A stretch of DNA of 64,000 nucleotides from contig DATIIV010000012.1 of NCBI GenBank assembly GCA_035479295.1, positions 65,010 to 129,009 of the forward strand, read 5' to 3'. Shown here one piece after another: positions 9,523 through 18,273 of this stretch. The translations under genes and the position numbers were made by a program. Within the stretch, counting starts at the first letter, position 1; each line of letters opens with the position of its first letter. Origin of the DNA: Candidatus Saccharimonadia bacterium. Lineage in GTDB: Bacteria; Patescibacteriota; Saccharimonadia; UBA4664. Under the pieces are notes generated by a model. It saw nothing but the letters and a program-made list of their open reading frames with translations. It searched no databases and was not told the origin of the DNA.

Positions 9523-9855
9523 TTATTTAGCTGCCTGCCGCAGTCCTAGCACGCTCCCATTGGCATCCTTAATCTGCGCGATCAGTAGGCCGCCACCCAC
9601 GTCCTTGGGCTCTTGCAGCAGGGTGGCGCCGGCGTCGATCAGGGTCTGCAGGCTGGCCTTGATGTCCTCCACCTCGGCGTAGGCGATGATGGCTTGGCCG
9701 TGCGGATCGAGGCCGATCTCGAGCTCGCCGACGCGATAGCCGACGTAGTAGGGGCTGTCGGCGTAGGGCTCGGTGCCCAAAAAGGTGGTGAAGAATGCCT
9801 TGGTAGCGGCCAGATCCTGGGCGGGGTAGACGAGTACGTTAACGTTTTGAGCCAT
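9523..9855 (-). CDS. VOC-family (glyoxalase-like) small protein
   Basis: 110-aa ORF with the typical VOC pattern. Confidence 0.75.
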   Translation of the reverse strand: MAQNVNVLVYPAQDLAATKAFFTTFLGTEPYADSPYYVGYRVGELEIGLDPHGQAIIAYAEVEDIKASLQTLIDAGATLLQEPKDVGGGLLIAQIKDANGSVLGLRQAAK

Positions 9856-9903
9856 GAGGGCCTCCTTATTACTAGTAAGTATAGCTGAGTGGGCGAGTAT
9901 TTT

Positions 9904-9912
9904 TGCTATACT
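9904..9912 (+). promoter_or_regulatory. Extended -10 TGcTATACT placed 6 nt before ATG 9919 (leaderless-type promoter)
   Basis: TGCTATACT ends 7 nt before the A of ATG 9919. This spacing fits a transcription start at or next to the start codon. The identical motif and spacing recur at 23516-23531. Confidence 0.45.
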
Positions 9913-9918
9913 TCACCC

Positions 9919-10872
9919 ATGAATCACGCACTTACCTCAAGAGACACAGTTGCGTCGGCTATTATTGACGTCAGTCTTCGCTCGGCTAGGGCCAAAAGCA
10001 TCTATATATTTGAGCTAGGCAATCTAAATGATCTGATGCCAAAACTCGAAGCCGAGAAGATCCGCCAAGAATTTGTGCGCCACAATACACCGATAAAACA
10101 GATAACTAATCTCCGCAGATTTACGGCGTGGACCGAAAATGCCGAGCTGACGCAGCAAAACTTGGCGGTAAAGTATGTGCCGGCGGAGAATTTTGCCATT
10201 ACGAGCGAGGTTCTAATATTTGATAATACGGTAGCGGTTTATCGCTTAGAGCCGGAGCCCTTCTACTTTGAACAGGATGACAAATCTTATGCTGACATGC
10301 TGCGCAGCTTGTTTATGAACCTCTGGCAAGTCGGTGATTCGCTTTTGCTGTCAGCTGATGGCAGTACACTAACCAAGCAATACTCACCGATCTCGTACCA
10401 GTTTAAAGAATTGCCCGTCATTCTTTACCCCGCCAAAGATGACGGACAGCTTGAAAAAGCCTTTTCTCGTAGTAAAAAAGGTGGTTTAGAAAAGTATGTA
10501 AACTCTATCTTGGAAAAAGATTACACCTACTATAAGGACGCCGACGTCATCTTGGCGTACGTCTGGAATCAGGAGAGCGTCCCGTATTGCGACATCTGGA
10601 AGATCAGTCGTAATACCATCAGTGACGACTCAGGGCTGCTCTATGATGTTAGAATCTATGCCGATCATGAGGTTACGCAGGACATGGGCGTGGCGAGCGG
10701 AAACTCCTCAATCGTGCTAACTGCCGAGGAGATGCTTCTGCGAGAATTGGTTATAAAAGATGGATTATCTTTCGTTGCGGCGGCTAACAGGGAGCTGTAT
10801 CCGGCGCGATTTCCGATTGGCTATGTGCCGGATGAGAGTTTTTACCGCGTCACGACAACTCCAGCCCAATGA
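9919..10872 (+). CDS. Hypothetical protein, AT-richer than its surroundings
   Basis: The internal ATG at 9919 is chosen because the leaderless promoter geometry sits inside the longer ORF-track frame, whose GTG start is 9889. 317 aa with no recognisable motif. Confidence 0.5.
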   Translation: MNHALTSRDTVASAIIDVSLRSARAKSIYIFELGNLNDLMPKLEAEKIRQEFVRHNTPIKQITNLRRFTAWTENAELTQQNLAVKYVPAENFAITSEVLIFDNTVAVYRLEPEPFYFEQDDKSYADMLRSLFMNLWQVGDSLLLSADGSTLTKQYSPISYQFKELPVILYPAKDDGQLEKAFSRSKKGGLEKYVNSILEKDYTYYKDADVILAYVWNQESVPYCDIWKISRNTISDDSGLLYDVRIYADHEVTQDMGVASGNSSIVLTAEEMLLRELVIKDGLSFVAAANRELYPARFPIGYVPDESFYRVTTTPAQ

Positions 10873-11111
10873 ACCAAGCACACCGAGACCGAGGAGATTT
10901 TGGCCGTCTATATTCCGTTGTGCGTTACTCCTGAGCATCGCGGCCTGCGCCTACAGGTACGGCCGCTCGATATGTTTATGGAGGAGGTTGAGGTTGATGG
11001 CCAGAAGCGGCCACGATTTCGGTACATTGGGCCGGGGCTGTAGCGCTTCGTTTATGGTTGTAGACTAGGCCTGTTTGTGGTATACAGGAGGGACTCTGTT
11101 CCGCATCTCGA

Positions 11112-11348
11112 GTGAGGAGAACCATGGCACTTAGCAAGGGCGACCGTCTGACGACGGCACAGGCGCTGACTGGGAGCTTCGGCAACACTCTGGTTTCGGC
11201 GGGCGCGGAAGGCACTATCATCAACGTCTACGAAGCCCACTCCAATGACCCGCGCTACGTGGTCCAGTTTGACGCTGGACCGCTCATCAATGTCTACCAC
11301 CACGAGATCGTGTCGTCCGACACCTCCGACGACAAGGTGGCGGGATGA
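11112..11348 (+). CDS. Small hypothetical protein (78 aa)
   Basis: Strong RBS GAGGAGAAcc precedes the ATG. A hairpin terminator follows. Confidence 0.55.
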   Translation: MRRTMALSKGDRLTTAQALTGSFGNTLVSAGAEGTIINVYEAHSNDPRYVVQFDAGPLINVYHHEIVSSDTSDDKVAG

Positions 11349-11386
11349 TTGTTGGGCTGCGGTTGCAGTCGGTCTTTCGCATTCTG

Positions 11387-11427
11387 CTCCCGGACCAGGG
11401 TTATACCTGGTCCGGGAGTCTTTGCGC
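11387..11427 (+). terminator. Hairpin terminator (13-bp perfect stem CTCCCGGACCAGG / CCTGGTCCGGGAG, 6-nt loop) followed by TCTTTGCGC
   Basis: Read directly from the sequence. Lies downstream of the 11112-11348 gene. Confidence 0.5.
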
Positions 11428-11478
11428 TAGGGCCGGTAAGGTGCATGATAAAGCCCCAAAGGACTGCCGCGCTGGATC

Positions 11479-11961
11479 TTGCCCCCGGTAAATCATGTTA
11501 TACTTGCCAGCGTGTCAAATTCACCTCAATCTCAGGCGCAAGAATTGGCTGACTTGCGCAATCAGTACCTGGCCAGCATGACCACGGACGACAAGCTGGC
11601 GATTATCCGCAGGAAGCGAGCTACGATTTGGCGCATCCTGCTGATAGCGGCCGTCTTTATGGTGGCGGGCGTGTTGTTCCAGGTGTTCTACGATAGTGTG
11701 CTGGCGGCCCAGCTGCCGGATACGAAGTGGGCGCACCTGGGCGGAGCCGTGGCGTTTGGTGCCACCATTTTCCTGTGGGGCTGTCTGCCGGGCTTGATTC
11801 GGCCCGATTGGTTGGTGCGCGAAGCGGCCACCAAGGCGGTGATCGCCAAACGGCATGACCTGAAAGCGGTGCATGAGGGTCGACAGAAGCGCCTGGGCTG
11901 CCTCGTCGGCTTCCCAGTTCTATTGGTCTACGCGGTGATCATCATCCATTTCTTCTTCTAG
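11479..11961 (+). CDS. Membrane protein, hypothetical
   Basis: 160-aa ORF with at least 3 predicted TM helices. Confidence 0.5.
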   Translation: MPPVNHVILASVSNSPQSQAQELADLRNQYLASMTTDDKLAIIRRKRATIWRILLIAAVFMVAGVLFQVFYDSVLAAQLPDTKWAHLGGAVAFGATIFLWGCLPGLIRPDWLVREAATKAVIAKRHDLKAVHEGRQKRLGCLVGFPVLLVYAVIIIHFFF

Positions 11962-11983
11962 CGAGAGGAACACAATAACGTAA

Positions 11984-12019
11984 GGCCGCCCGGCAGATTG
12001 TCGGGCGGCCTCTTTGCGC
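11984..12019 (+). terminator. Hairpin terminator (GGCCGCCCG / CGGGCGGCC stem) followed by TCTTTGCGC
   Basis: Lies downstream of the 11479-11961 gene. It overlaps the ORF-track TTG start of the next gene, which argues against that start. Confidence 0.6.
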
Positions 12020-13263
12020 CGGCTACGTCTGCCGTTACACTACCCACAGTGGGCAGCCTCTTTACTCTTTTTCATAGCCTAATTTTGTCGCTACATATAG
12101 CGGCTTTTCCGGTATCGCCGTTTGTTTTTTCGACCCCGCAGGTGCCCTCGACGGCCGAGAATCCCCAGCCGCTGCGGGTGGTGACGCGCGTGATCGAGCC
12201 GTTTGTGATCGATGAGGGCAACGGTAAATATAGCGGCTACAGCATGGAGCTGCTCGACCTCATCCACCAGGAGCTCAAAGAGCCGAGCCTGCCGGCGGGG
12301 CAAGATTATGCCCTGTCGCCTCAGCAAAAAGCCGTTATTAATCTGCCCTTTGCTATCGAATCCCAGCCGGCCGCTAACGCCGAGGCGCTTGTTAAAACCG
12401 TTCAGGACAACGGCGCCGATCTCGGCATCGCCAGCATCTCCATCACGCAGGATCGCGAGGCTCGGGTCGACTTTAGCCTGCCCATGTACAGCTCGGGTTT
12501 GCAGGTGATGCAAACCACCGACAAGGCGCCCGGCCCAAACATCATGACGGCGCTCGGACATATCTTGAGCCGCCCCAAAACGCCGGCGGTTCTGTGGCTA
12601 GGATTCATCGGCATGGCGACGCTAGCCACTCTTATTTACCTGTTTGAGCAGCGTCACAGCAAGAGCTTTCTGTTTGGTGAGCCGCCGCTGGTGGGCATTG
12701 GCAACGCTTTTTGGTGGGGGCTAACCGTGTTGGTGGGCCAAGAAGAAGCGCACCCGCGGTCGAGTGTGAGTCGGCTGGCGGCTACCTTAATTATGGCTAC
12801 CGGTGTAATTGTTGTAGCGCTCTTTACGGCCTCGGTGGCCTCGGACTTAACGTTGCAGCAGCTGGACGATCCCGAGCGCGGCATCGATAGTCTAAACGGC
12901 CATGTAGTGGTGACGCTCGACGGCACAACCTCCGAATCCTACCTGGACCAGAAGCGGGTTGAGCTCAAGATTAAAGCCATCAAAACAGTTGGCACCTTGG
13001 ATGACGCCTACGCTATGCTCAAGAACGGCCAGGCCGACTCGCTGGTGTACGACGCACCTGTGTTGCAGTATTATGCTAGCCACCAGGGCCGTGGCAAGTT
13101 TACGACGGTGGGGCGGCCGTTTCACTCGGAGTATTACGGCATTGTCCTGCCTCAGGGCAGCCCCTGGCGCGAGCCGATTAGTCGAGCATTGCTGACGTTG
13201 TCCGAGGACGGCACGCTCGACCACTTGGCGCAAACGTACTTGGGCGATGCTAGCAACAATTAG
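11998..13263 (+). CDS. Bacterial ionotropic-glutamate-receptor-like channel: periplasmic solute-binding domain split by an ion-channel module (GluR0-type architecture)
   Basis: SBP lobe 1 (RVVTRVIEPFVIDEGNGKYSGYSMELLD...), then TM, pore helix and filter-like segment (GIGNAFWWGLTVLVGQEEAHP, compare iGluR FW.G...QQG.E), then TM, then SBP lobe 2 (VVVTLDGTTSESYL...). The 5' end is uncertain: the frame opens inside a terminator hairpin, and the true start is probably downstream (for example GTG 12049). Confidence 0.75.
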   Translation: MSGGLFAPATSAVTLPTVGSLFTLFHSLILSLHIAAFPVSPFVFSTPQVPSTAENPQPLRVVTRVIEPFVIDEGNGKYSGYSMELLDLIHQELKEPSLPAGQDYALSPQQKAVINLPFAIESQPAANAEALVKTVQDNGADLGIASISITQDREARVDFSLPMYSSGLQVMQTTDKAPGPNIMTALGHILSRPKTPAVLWLGFIGMATLATLIYLFEQRHSKSFLFGEPPLVGIGNAFWWGLTVLVGQEEAHPRSSVSRLAATLIMATGVIVVALFTASVASDLTLQQLDDPERGIDSLNGHVVVTLDGTTSESYLDQKRVELKIKAIKTVGTLDDAYAMLKNGQADSLVYDAPVLQYYASHQGRGKFTTVGRPFHSEYYGIVLPQGSPWREPISRALLTLSEDGTLDHLAQTYLGDASNN

Positions 13264-13286
13264 CCATAAGGAGTCTAGTCATAGCC

Positions 13287-13631
13287 ATGTCAGTGATCGA
13301 TGATTATCTACAGCAGGTGGAGCCGCCTCAACGCGCCGAGCTTGAGCGCGTGCGCCGCATCATCCAGCAGGTCGCGCCCGAGGCCGTCGAGACCATTAGC
13401 TATGCCATGCCGGCGTTTAAATATCGGGGCAAATATCTGGCGGCGTTTGCGGCCTTTAAGGACCACTTGAGTCTGTTCCCAACGGCCGAGCCGGTGGCGG
13501 CGCTGCAGACTAGGCTGGGCGACTTTGCGACCTCCAAGGGTACGATTCAATTTACGATCGATAAACCGCTGCCTGAGCCCCTGATTCGCGACCTCATGGC
13601 CCACCGCCTTCGCGCCATCGAGCAGGAGTAG
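13287..13631 (+). CDS. DUF1801 (YdhG-like) domain protein
   Basis: RBS AAGGAG. 114 aa (MSVIDDYLQQVEPPQRAELERVRRII...). Confidence 0.65.
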   Translation: MSVIDDYLQQVEPPQRAELERVRRIIQQVAPEAVETISYAMPAFKYRGKYLAAFAAFKDHLSLFPTAEPVAALQTRLGDFATSKGTIQFTIDKPLPEPLIRDLMAHRLRAIEQE

Positions 13632-13638
13632 CTGAGGT

Positions 13639-14163
13639 ATGATGAGCGCTGATCGACCCAGTCATACCCTCACCGACGACCACGGCCGCCGTATTACTAT
13701 TACCTGGATTCCGACCGATCGGCTGGAGCAGTATCGGCCGTACTTTCAGGTTTACGGCATCGTCTTTAACGCGGCCGGGCAGATCCTGCTCATCCAGGAG
13801 CACGGCGACTGGAAGATTCCTGGCGGCACGCCCGAGCCCGGCGAGACGGCCGAGCAGACGCTCTGCCGCGAGCTGCTCGAGGAGGCCGATGTGACGATTA
13901 AGCAGTGGGTGCCGGTGGGCGTGCAGCAGGTGCATTATCCGCACAATCCGCAGACGCACCAGGGCGAATTATTTTATCAGTATCGCTACGCCTGCCTGCT
14001 CGATGAGCAGTTACCCTCCACGCCCGACCCCGACGACGACGTGACGCATCCGCGGCGCTGGGTGCCGGCGGCCGAGGTGACTCGCTACGTGCAATGGGGC
14101 GAGACGGGTGCGGCACTATTCGCGGCAGCAATCGAGGTCTATCGGGCGCGATTGCAGGGTTAG
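13639..14163 (+). CDS. NUDIX hydrolase
   Basis: Nudix box GGTPEPGETAEQTLCRELLEEADV (G-x5-E-x7-REuxEExGu). Confidence 0.8.
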   Translation: MMSADRPSHTLTDDHGRRITITWIPTDRLEQYRPYFQVYGIVFNAAGQILLIQEHGDWKIPGGTPEPGETAEQTLCRELLEEADVTIKQWVPVGVQQVHYPHNPQTHQGELFYQYRYACLLDEQLPSTPDPDDDVTHPRRWVPAAEVTRYVQWGETGAALFAAAIEVYRARLQG

Positions 14164-14229
14164 CCGTCTCTTTGCTGTGGTGCCGGCGGTGGTACACTGG
14201 GGGTAATTGAGGAGTGGACGACATTAATT

Positions 14230-14637
14230 ATGGATACAGCCAAAAACCCTAAATCGCTCAAGCAACAGGCTCTCGGCCTCATCGTTGGTCTGGCTGCACA
14301 ATACCTGCTGGGCATGGCGGCTGCCATGTTTGCGCCCTTTCCCGAGGGCCAGACCGGCGATAGCCTGTGGCCGTTTGCCTGGCAGCAGCCGATTATCGCG
14401 CTGCACATCGTGTTGGGCTTGGCGCTGCTGGCGGGTGCGGTCTATCTGGTGCTGCAGGCGCGTCGCCAGCGCGTGTGGTTGGTGCCGGCTGGCACGGGTT
14501 TGGTGGCCATTGTGGTGGCTATTATGGCTGGCTCAAGCTTTATTTCCAGCCAATCCGAGGCTTATTCGTACGTGATGGCCGTTGGCTTTTTGGCCGCTAT
14601 CTTGGCCTACGCTTGGGGCCTGTATCGGGCTAAATAG
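14230..14637 (+). CDS. Membrane protein, hypothetical (4 TM)
   Basis: 135-aa hydrophobic ORF. Antisense and other-frame ORFs here are Arg/Gly-rich GC artefacts. Confidence 0.5.
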   Translation: MDTAKNPKSLKQQALGLIVGLAAQYLLGMAAAMFAPFPEGQTGDSLWPFAWQQPIIALHIVLGLALLAGAVYLVLQARRQRVWLVPAGTGLVAIVVAIMAGSSFISSQSEAYSYVMAVGFLAAILAYAWGLYRAK

Positions 14638-14707
14638 GCGACGCCCTGCAACCTTCTGTTTAGTCCGGCATTATACGAGTATAAGGTTGGCCTAACTCGA
14701 TGGTGGC

Positions 14708-15331
14708 ATGCTAAACGAACAAGAACTGATAGCCCGCGCCCAGGCCGATCCGCCGGCCTTTGGCGAACTATACGATCAGACCTATCCCAAGATCTCCAAC
14801 TACATTCTGCGCCGGGTGGGCGAGGTAGCGGTGGCTCAGGACCTGACGGCTGAGGTTTACATTAAGGCCATGCGCGGACTGCCGCGATACCAGTGGCGTG
14901 GGCTGCCGTTTACGGCTTGGCTCTATCGCATTGCGGCCAACGAGATTGCCGGCTACTTTCGGCGACAGCATCATGGCCTATTGTCGCTGGAGGCGTTGTA
15001 CGAGGAGCACCAGTTTGAGCCGGCCGCCGAGCTTGATCTGGAGCGCGAGCTGATCGAGAGGCAGCAGCAGGCCGAGCGCTACGCCGATTTCCGGCTGGTG
15101 CGCGATCTGCTGCAGCGGCTGCCGGCCAAGTACCAGGAAGTGCTGGCATTGCGCTACTTTGAACAGCAGCCGCTGGCCGATATCGTCATTATTACCGGCA
15201 AGAATCTTAATACCGTCAAGTCACTACTGATGCGTGGCCTGCAGCGCCTACGAACAGAGTATAATACCGCCAAAACTGCTACCCAGACGCAACCTCTGGC
15301 CCCGTCCCGCGTTATAGAGGCAGAGGAATAA
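14708..15331 (+). CDS. ECF-type RNA polymerase sigma-70 factor
   Basis: Region 2 (YIKAMRGLPRYQW...FTAWLYRIAANEI) and region 4 HTH (LPAKYQEVLALRYFEQQPLADIVIITGKNLNTVKSLLMRGLQRLR). Confidence 0.8.
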   Translation: MLNEQELIARAQADPPAFGELYDQTYPKISNYILRRVGEVAVAQDLTAEVYIKAMRGLPRYQWRGLPFTAWLYRIAANEIAGYFRRQHHGLLSLEALYEEHQFEPAAELDLERELIERQQQAERYADFRLVRDLLQRLPAKYQEVLALRYFEQQPLADIVIITGKNLNTVKSLLMRGLQRLRTEYNTAKTATQTQPLAPSRVIEAEE

Positions 15332-15336
15332 ATCGT

Positions 15337-15981
15337 ATGAAGAAGATATTATCCAACCCAGAGCTTACCCGGCTAACGGTGCCGACGGCGGCCATGAAGC
15401 ATCACCAAATGCATCTGAAGTATGTGCTCCTTTCCTCTGCTCAACACCAATCGACCAAACCAAACATCATTAAAACAGGATGGAACACGATCATGACCAA
15501 GAAACCACTCGTAATAGGTGGCCTCACGTTCGCTGTGGCGGCGCTAGCTCTAACGGCCGCTACCTTTATTAACCCGACTAGCTCGACGGCCTCGGCCCAG
15601 GGCGAGGCGCGCGCTAGCGTGCAGGCGCTGACTAGGCTGTCGCCAGACGACCAAGCCAAGGTAAAACAGCAGACTAGCGGCGGCATTCAGGCTGAGCTGC
15701 AAGCGGCCGAGCGGGCCCACGATGTGCAGACGTTTACGTATGACCAACTTCTGGCCCGGGATGGCGACGCCTCTGGCTTGACTCACCGTGCGGTGCCGGC
15801 TGGCTATCCCGCGCCCGATCTGCGTAGCCTTAAGTACCTGCGCTTTACCCGAACCGACGGTGGCGTGGTTACTATTGGCCTAGACGCTCAGAGCCTCCCG
15901 GTCTTTGAGTCGCTGAACGATCCAAATGCCGGTAGCGCTGATAGCGCTGTTGGCCCGAATGGTCAGGCGCCTCAGCCCTAG
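15337..15981 (+). CDS. Membrane-anchored protein immediately downstream of the ECF sigma gene (candidate anti-sigma factor)
   Basis: Gap of 5 nt. One TM helix (LVIGGLTFAVAALALTAATFI). Assignment is by genomic context only. Confidence 0.4.
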   Translation: MKKILSNPELTRLTVPTAAMKHHQMHLKYVLLSSAQHQSTKPNIIKTGWNTIMTKKPLVIGGLTFAVAALALTAATFINPTSSTASAQGEARASVQALTRLSPDDQAKVKQQTSGGIQAELQAAERAHDVQTFTYDQLLARDGDASGLTHRAVPAGYPAPDLRSLKYLRFTRTDGGVVTIGLDAQSLPVFESLNDPNAGSADSAVGPNGQAPQP

Positions 15982-16003
15982 CCAGCCACCAGCTTCGTAT
16001 AAA

Positions 16004-16028
16004 AGACCGGCCTCGGGCCGGTCTTTTG
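16004..16028 (+). terminator. Rho-independent terminator (AGACCGGCC / GGCCGGTCT, then TTTT)
   Basis: Read from the sequence after the stop at 15981. Confidence 0.6.
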
Positions 16029-16053
16029 CTGGGGGCGAAGGAGAGCAGAATTA

Positions 16054-16680
16054 TTGACTTATGTCGCTCAAAGTGTTAATGTATGTAGCGCACCCGAACA
16101 AGAGAGATTGGAGCCGACCATGTCAGGCAATGAGGCACTGCAGCTCTCGCCCGCAACCAGACAGCAGTGTGTCGACTGGTTGCGCGAGGTAGTCGAAGAG
16201 GCCATTCTGGCCTATCGTGCGACCCAGAACGTTTCCCCGAGTCTCAACCTCTATGCCCGCTGCCGGCAGACGGCGCATGACCGGGCGCATTACTACGGCC
16301 GGATCGCGCTGCTCCACCAGTTGGCCTACGGCAATCCAGCCGAAGACCTGGCCCAGCCGCTGAACCTGCGGCTGGACGGCAGGGCGCCCCGCGAAGGGGC
16401 GCCGGACCTCCAGCAGCTCGAGGTCATCGTCCGGCACTGGGGCGAGATGCCTCAGGTGACCGATGGGCAGTGGCCGTTATTCCAGCGGGCTGTGTTGGCC
16501 GCGGAGGCCAAGAAGCCTGAGGAGGTCGAAGAGCTGGTGTGCCAGGTGGCCGACGGCTCCAGCTCCGACAAGATCGCCCGCCGGGTGGCCTGCGTCTGGA
16601 GCTACACCCAGAACCTCCTGCCGTACTGGCGGGTCTGGACCAACAAGTACGGCGTGGACGCTCCGCTGCCGCGCATCTAG
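16054..16680 (+). CDS. Hypothetical protein
   Basis: 208-aa ORF. An alternative start is ATG 16120. No motif recognised. Confidence 0.4.
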   Translation: MTYVAQSVNVCSAPEQERLEPTMSGNEALQLSPATRQQCVDWLREVVEEAILAYRATQNVSPSLNLYARCRQTAHDRAHYYGRIALLHQLAYGNPAEDLAQPLNLRLDGRAPREGAPDLQQLEVIVRHWGEMPQVTDGQWPLFQRAVLAAEAKKPEEVEELVCQVADGSSSDKIARRVACVWSYTQNLLPYWRVWTNKYGVDAPLPRI

Positions 16681-16853
16681 CACCGGCCGCTGCCGGACCA
16701 TCTCCAACAATCTCTACACCGGCGTGCATCGAGGCGTTCCCGTTCGCGGGATCGCCTCTTTGCTTTGGCCGCCATTTACAATGTCGGCAAAAGGCCGTAG
16801 AGTATTCATCGCGTCACGCCAAGGAGGCGGGCGTCAACCAACCGTGTCGAACG

Positions 16854-17492
16854 ATGGGAGGGGTCGTGACCGGCCTCATGGTATTACTGATCATTGTGAA
16901 CGGCGCTATCAGCACCTTCAACGCCTGGTATGTCGGCAACGTCTGGCCTGAGCGCCAGGAGATGCCGTGGCCGTTGCGCTGGGTGGTTTATGCCAGCGTC
17001 ACCATGTCGGCCTGCGGCTTTACCTGGTGCTACCTGATGGCAGTAGGGCTGGCGACCGAAGCGCTCCGAAGCAATCAGCTGCCGGTACTGCACTATGTCA
17101 ACGACATTCCGCCGTCGGCCATCAATGCCCTGATGTCGTTGGGCTATCTGGCCATCATCCTGCCGGTGATCGGCTCGGGCCTAGTGATCACGGCACACGC
17201 CTGGTCGGTAGCCTGGCGCCGCCGTAGCTTTAGCAACGTGGCCGTAGCCGGCTGGGACAGCTTCGCCCAGATCTACAATGTGATCGAGGCGGTGGAGTTC
17301 ATTCCTGAGGCGCTCAGTTCGGTCGTCAACTTCTTTCGCAGCGACGACGAGGAAGACTGGGGCTACTGGGTGCTCGTAGCTCTGCTGGTCCTACTCATCG
17401 GGGGCGTCCTGACCACCTCGCTGATCGTCCGGCTCTCGGCGCGTGGCCACGTCAGGCGGGTCCAGGCGCGTTATCAGTCTCGATTTGCCTAA
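16854..17492 (+). CDS. Membrane protein, hypothetical
   Basis: An internal ATG of the 16539 ORF is chosen, because the upstream part overlaps the previous gene and is Arg/Pro-rich GC noise. 5-6 TM helices. Confidence 0.45.
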   Translation: MGGVVTGLMVLLIIVNGAISTFNAWYVGNVWPERQEMPWPLRWVVYASVTMSACGFTWCYLMAVGLATEALRSNQLPVLHYVNDIPPSAINALMSLGYLAIILPVIGSGLVITAHAWSVAWRRRSFSNVAVAGWDSFAQIYNVIEAVEFIPEALSSVVNFFRSDDEEDWGYWVLVALLVLLIGGVLTTSLIVRLSARGHVRRVQARYQSRFA

Positions 17493-17526
17493 GCGTTACG
17501 CCTGCTCGGCCGCAGTTGAACCAATG

Positions 17527-17567
17527 ATCCCGGTCGCCCCTTTGCTAAGTGGGGTGACCGGGATTTT
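17527..17567 (+). terminator. Rho-independent terminator (ATCCCGGTCGCCCC ... GGGGTGACCGGGAT, then TTT)
   Basis: Read from the sequence. Confidence 0.6.
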
Positions 17568-17594
17568 AGCGTTGCGGAGGGATAGCATCGCGAC

Positions 17595-17623
17595 TTGATT
17601 TATACGCAATTATATAGTATGAT
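17595..17623 (+). promoter_or_regulatory. Candidate sigma-70 promoter (TTGATT, 17-nt spacer, TATGAT)
   Basis: Upstream of the 17665 gene, which has the RBS GAGAGAGG. Confidence 0.35.
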
Positions 17624-17664
17624 ATGGCGCGGACGTTTTACGCCCCCAACTTGACAGAGAGAGG

Positions 17665-18273
17665 ATGAGCCCGATGTCCAAACGGCTCAAACTACGCCGA
17701 CGCAAGCCCAGCTCCACGCCGAGGTCCGCGTCTCGCCACCCGTTCGTACTCCGGCCCTACAAACCCACCAAGACCAAGGAACAGATCGGGGCTGAGGCCA
17801 AGGAGATAGCGGATAATAATCCCGGTCGTACCGAGCTGGCCTCGCAAGGCCTGAAGCAGCGGATGGAAGACCGGGGTCGTAGCTTTAACGCGACGCAGTT
17901 CGTCATGGGTCTGACGGCCGCGGCCGAAGTGGCGCTGTTCACGGTGTTACTTACGCTGGGTCTGACGCTCAAGCTCCAGCTGCTGGCCGCCTCGTCGATG
18001 CCGGCTCTGGTGGGGTTTATCGCCATCATGGTCGGTCTTGCGTTCAAGTGGAAGGAGATCAGCCCCAACCCCGAGCACTGCGGCAGTGAGCTGCTCAACG
18101 CCATGGGGAAGGAGGACCAGCTCGCCTGGGTCGTAGAGCAGTCTCGCCGTAGCGAGGCTCAGCGCACTGGGCTGCTCGTGATGCGCCGCTGGTTCATGCT
18201 CTCGCTCGGCTGGATCATGATCTCAGCCATCATGGCCGTTGTGGCCATCTGTCGGATCATCGCGACGATGTAG
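17665..18273 (+). CDS. Membrane protein, hypothetical
   Basis: 202 aa. Basic N-terminus, then 2 to 4 TM helices. Confidence 0.5.
   Translation: MSPMSKRLKLRRRKPSSTPRSASRHPFVLRPYKPTKTKEQIGAEAKEIADNNPGRTELASQGLKQRMEDRGRSFNATQFVMGLTAAAEVALFTVLLTLGLTLKLQLLAASSMPALVGFIAIMVGLAFKWKEISPNPEHCGSELLNAMGKEDQLAWVVEQSRRSEAQRTGLLVMRRWFMLSLGWIMISAIMAVVAICRIIATM

Noticed and set aside
11998-12048. TTG start of the iGluR-like gene, and the ORF-track starts at 22404, 44281 and 44923
   Set aside because: Each lies inside a strong terminator hairpin of the preceding gene. Downstream starts with an RBS or leaderless promoter are preferred.
16539-16853. N-terminal 105 codons of the ORF-track gene 16539-17492
   Set aside because: This part overlaps gene 16054-16680 in another frame and is Arg/Pro/Gly-rich. 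The membrane-protein part begins at internal ATG 16854.
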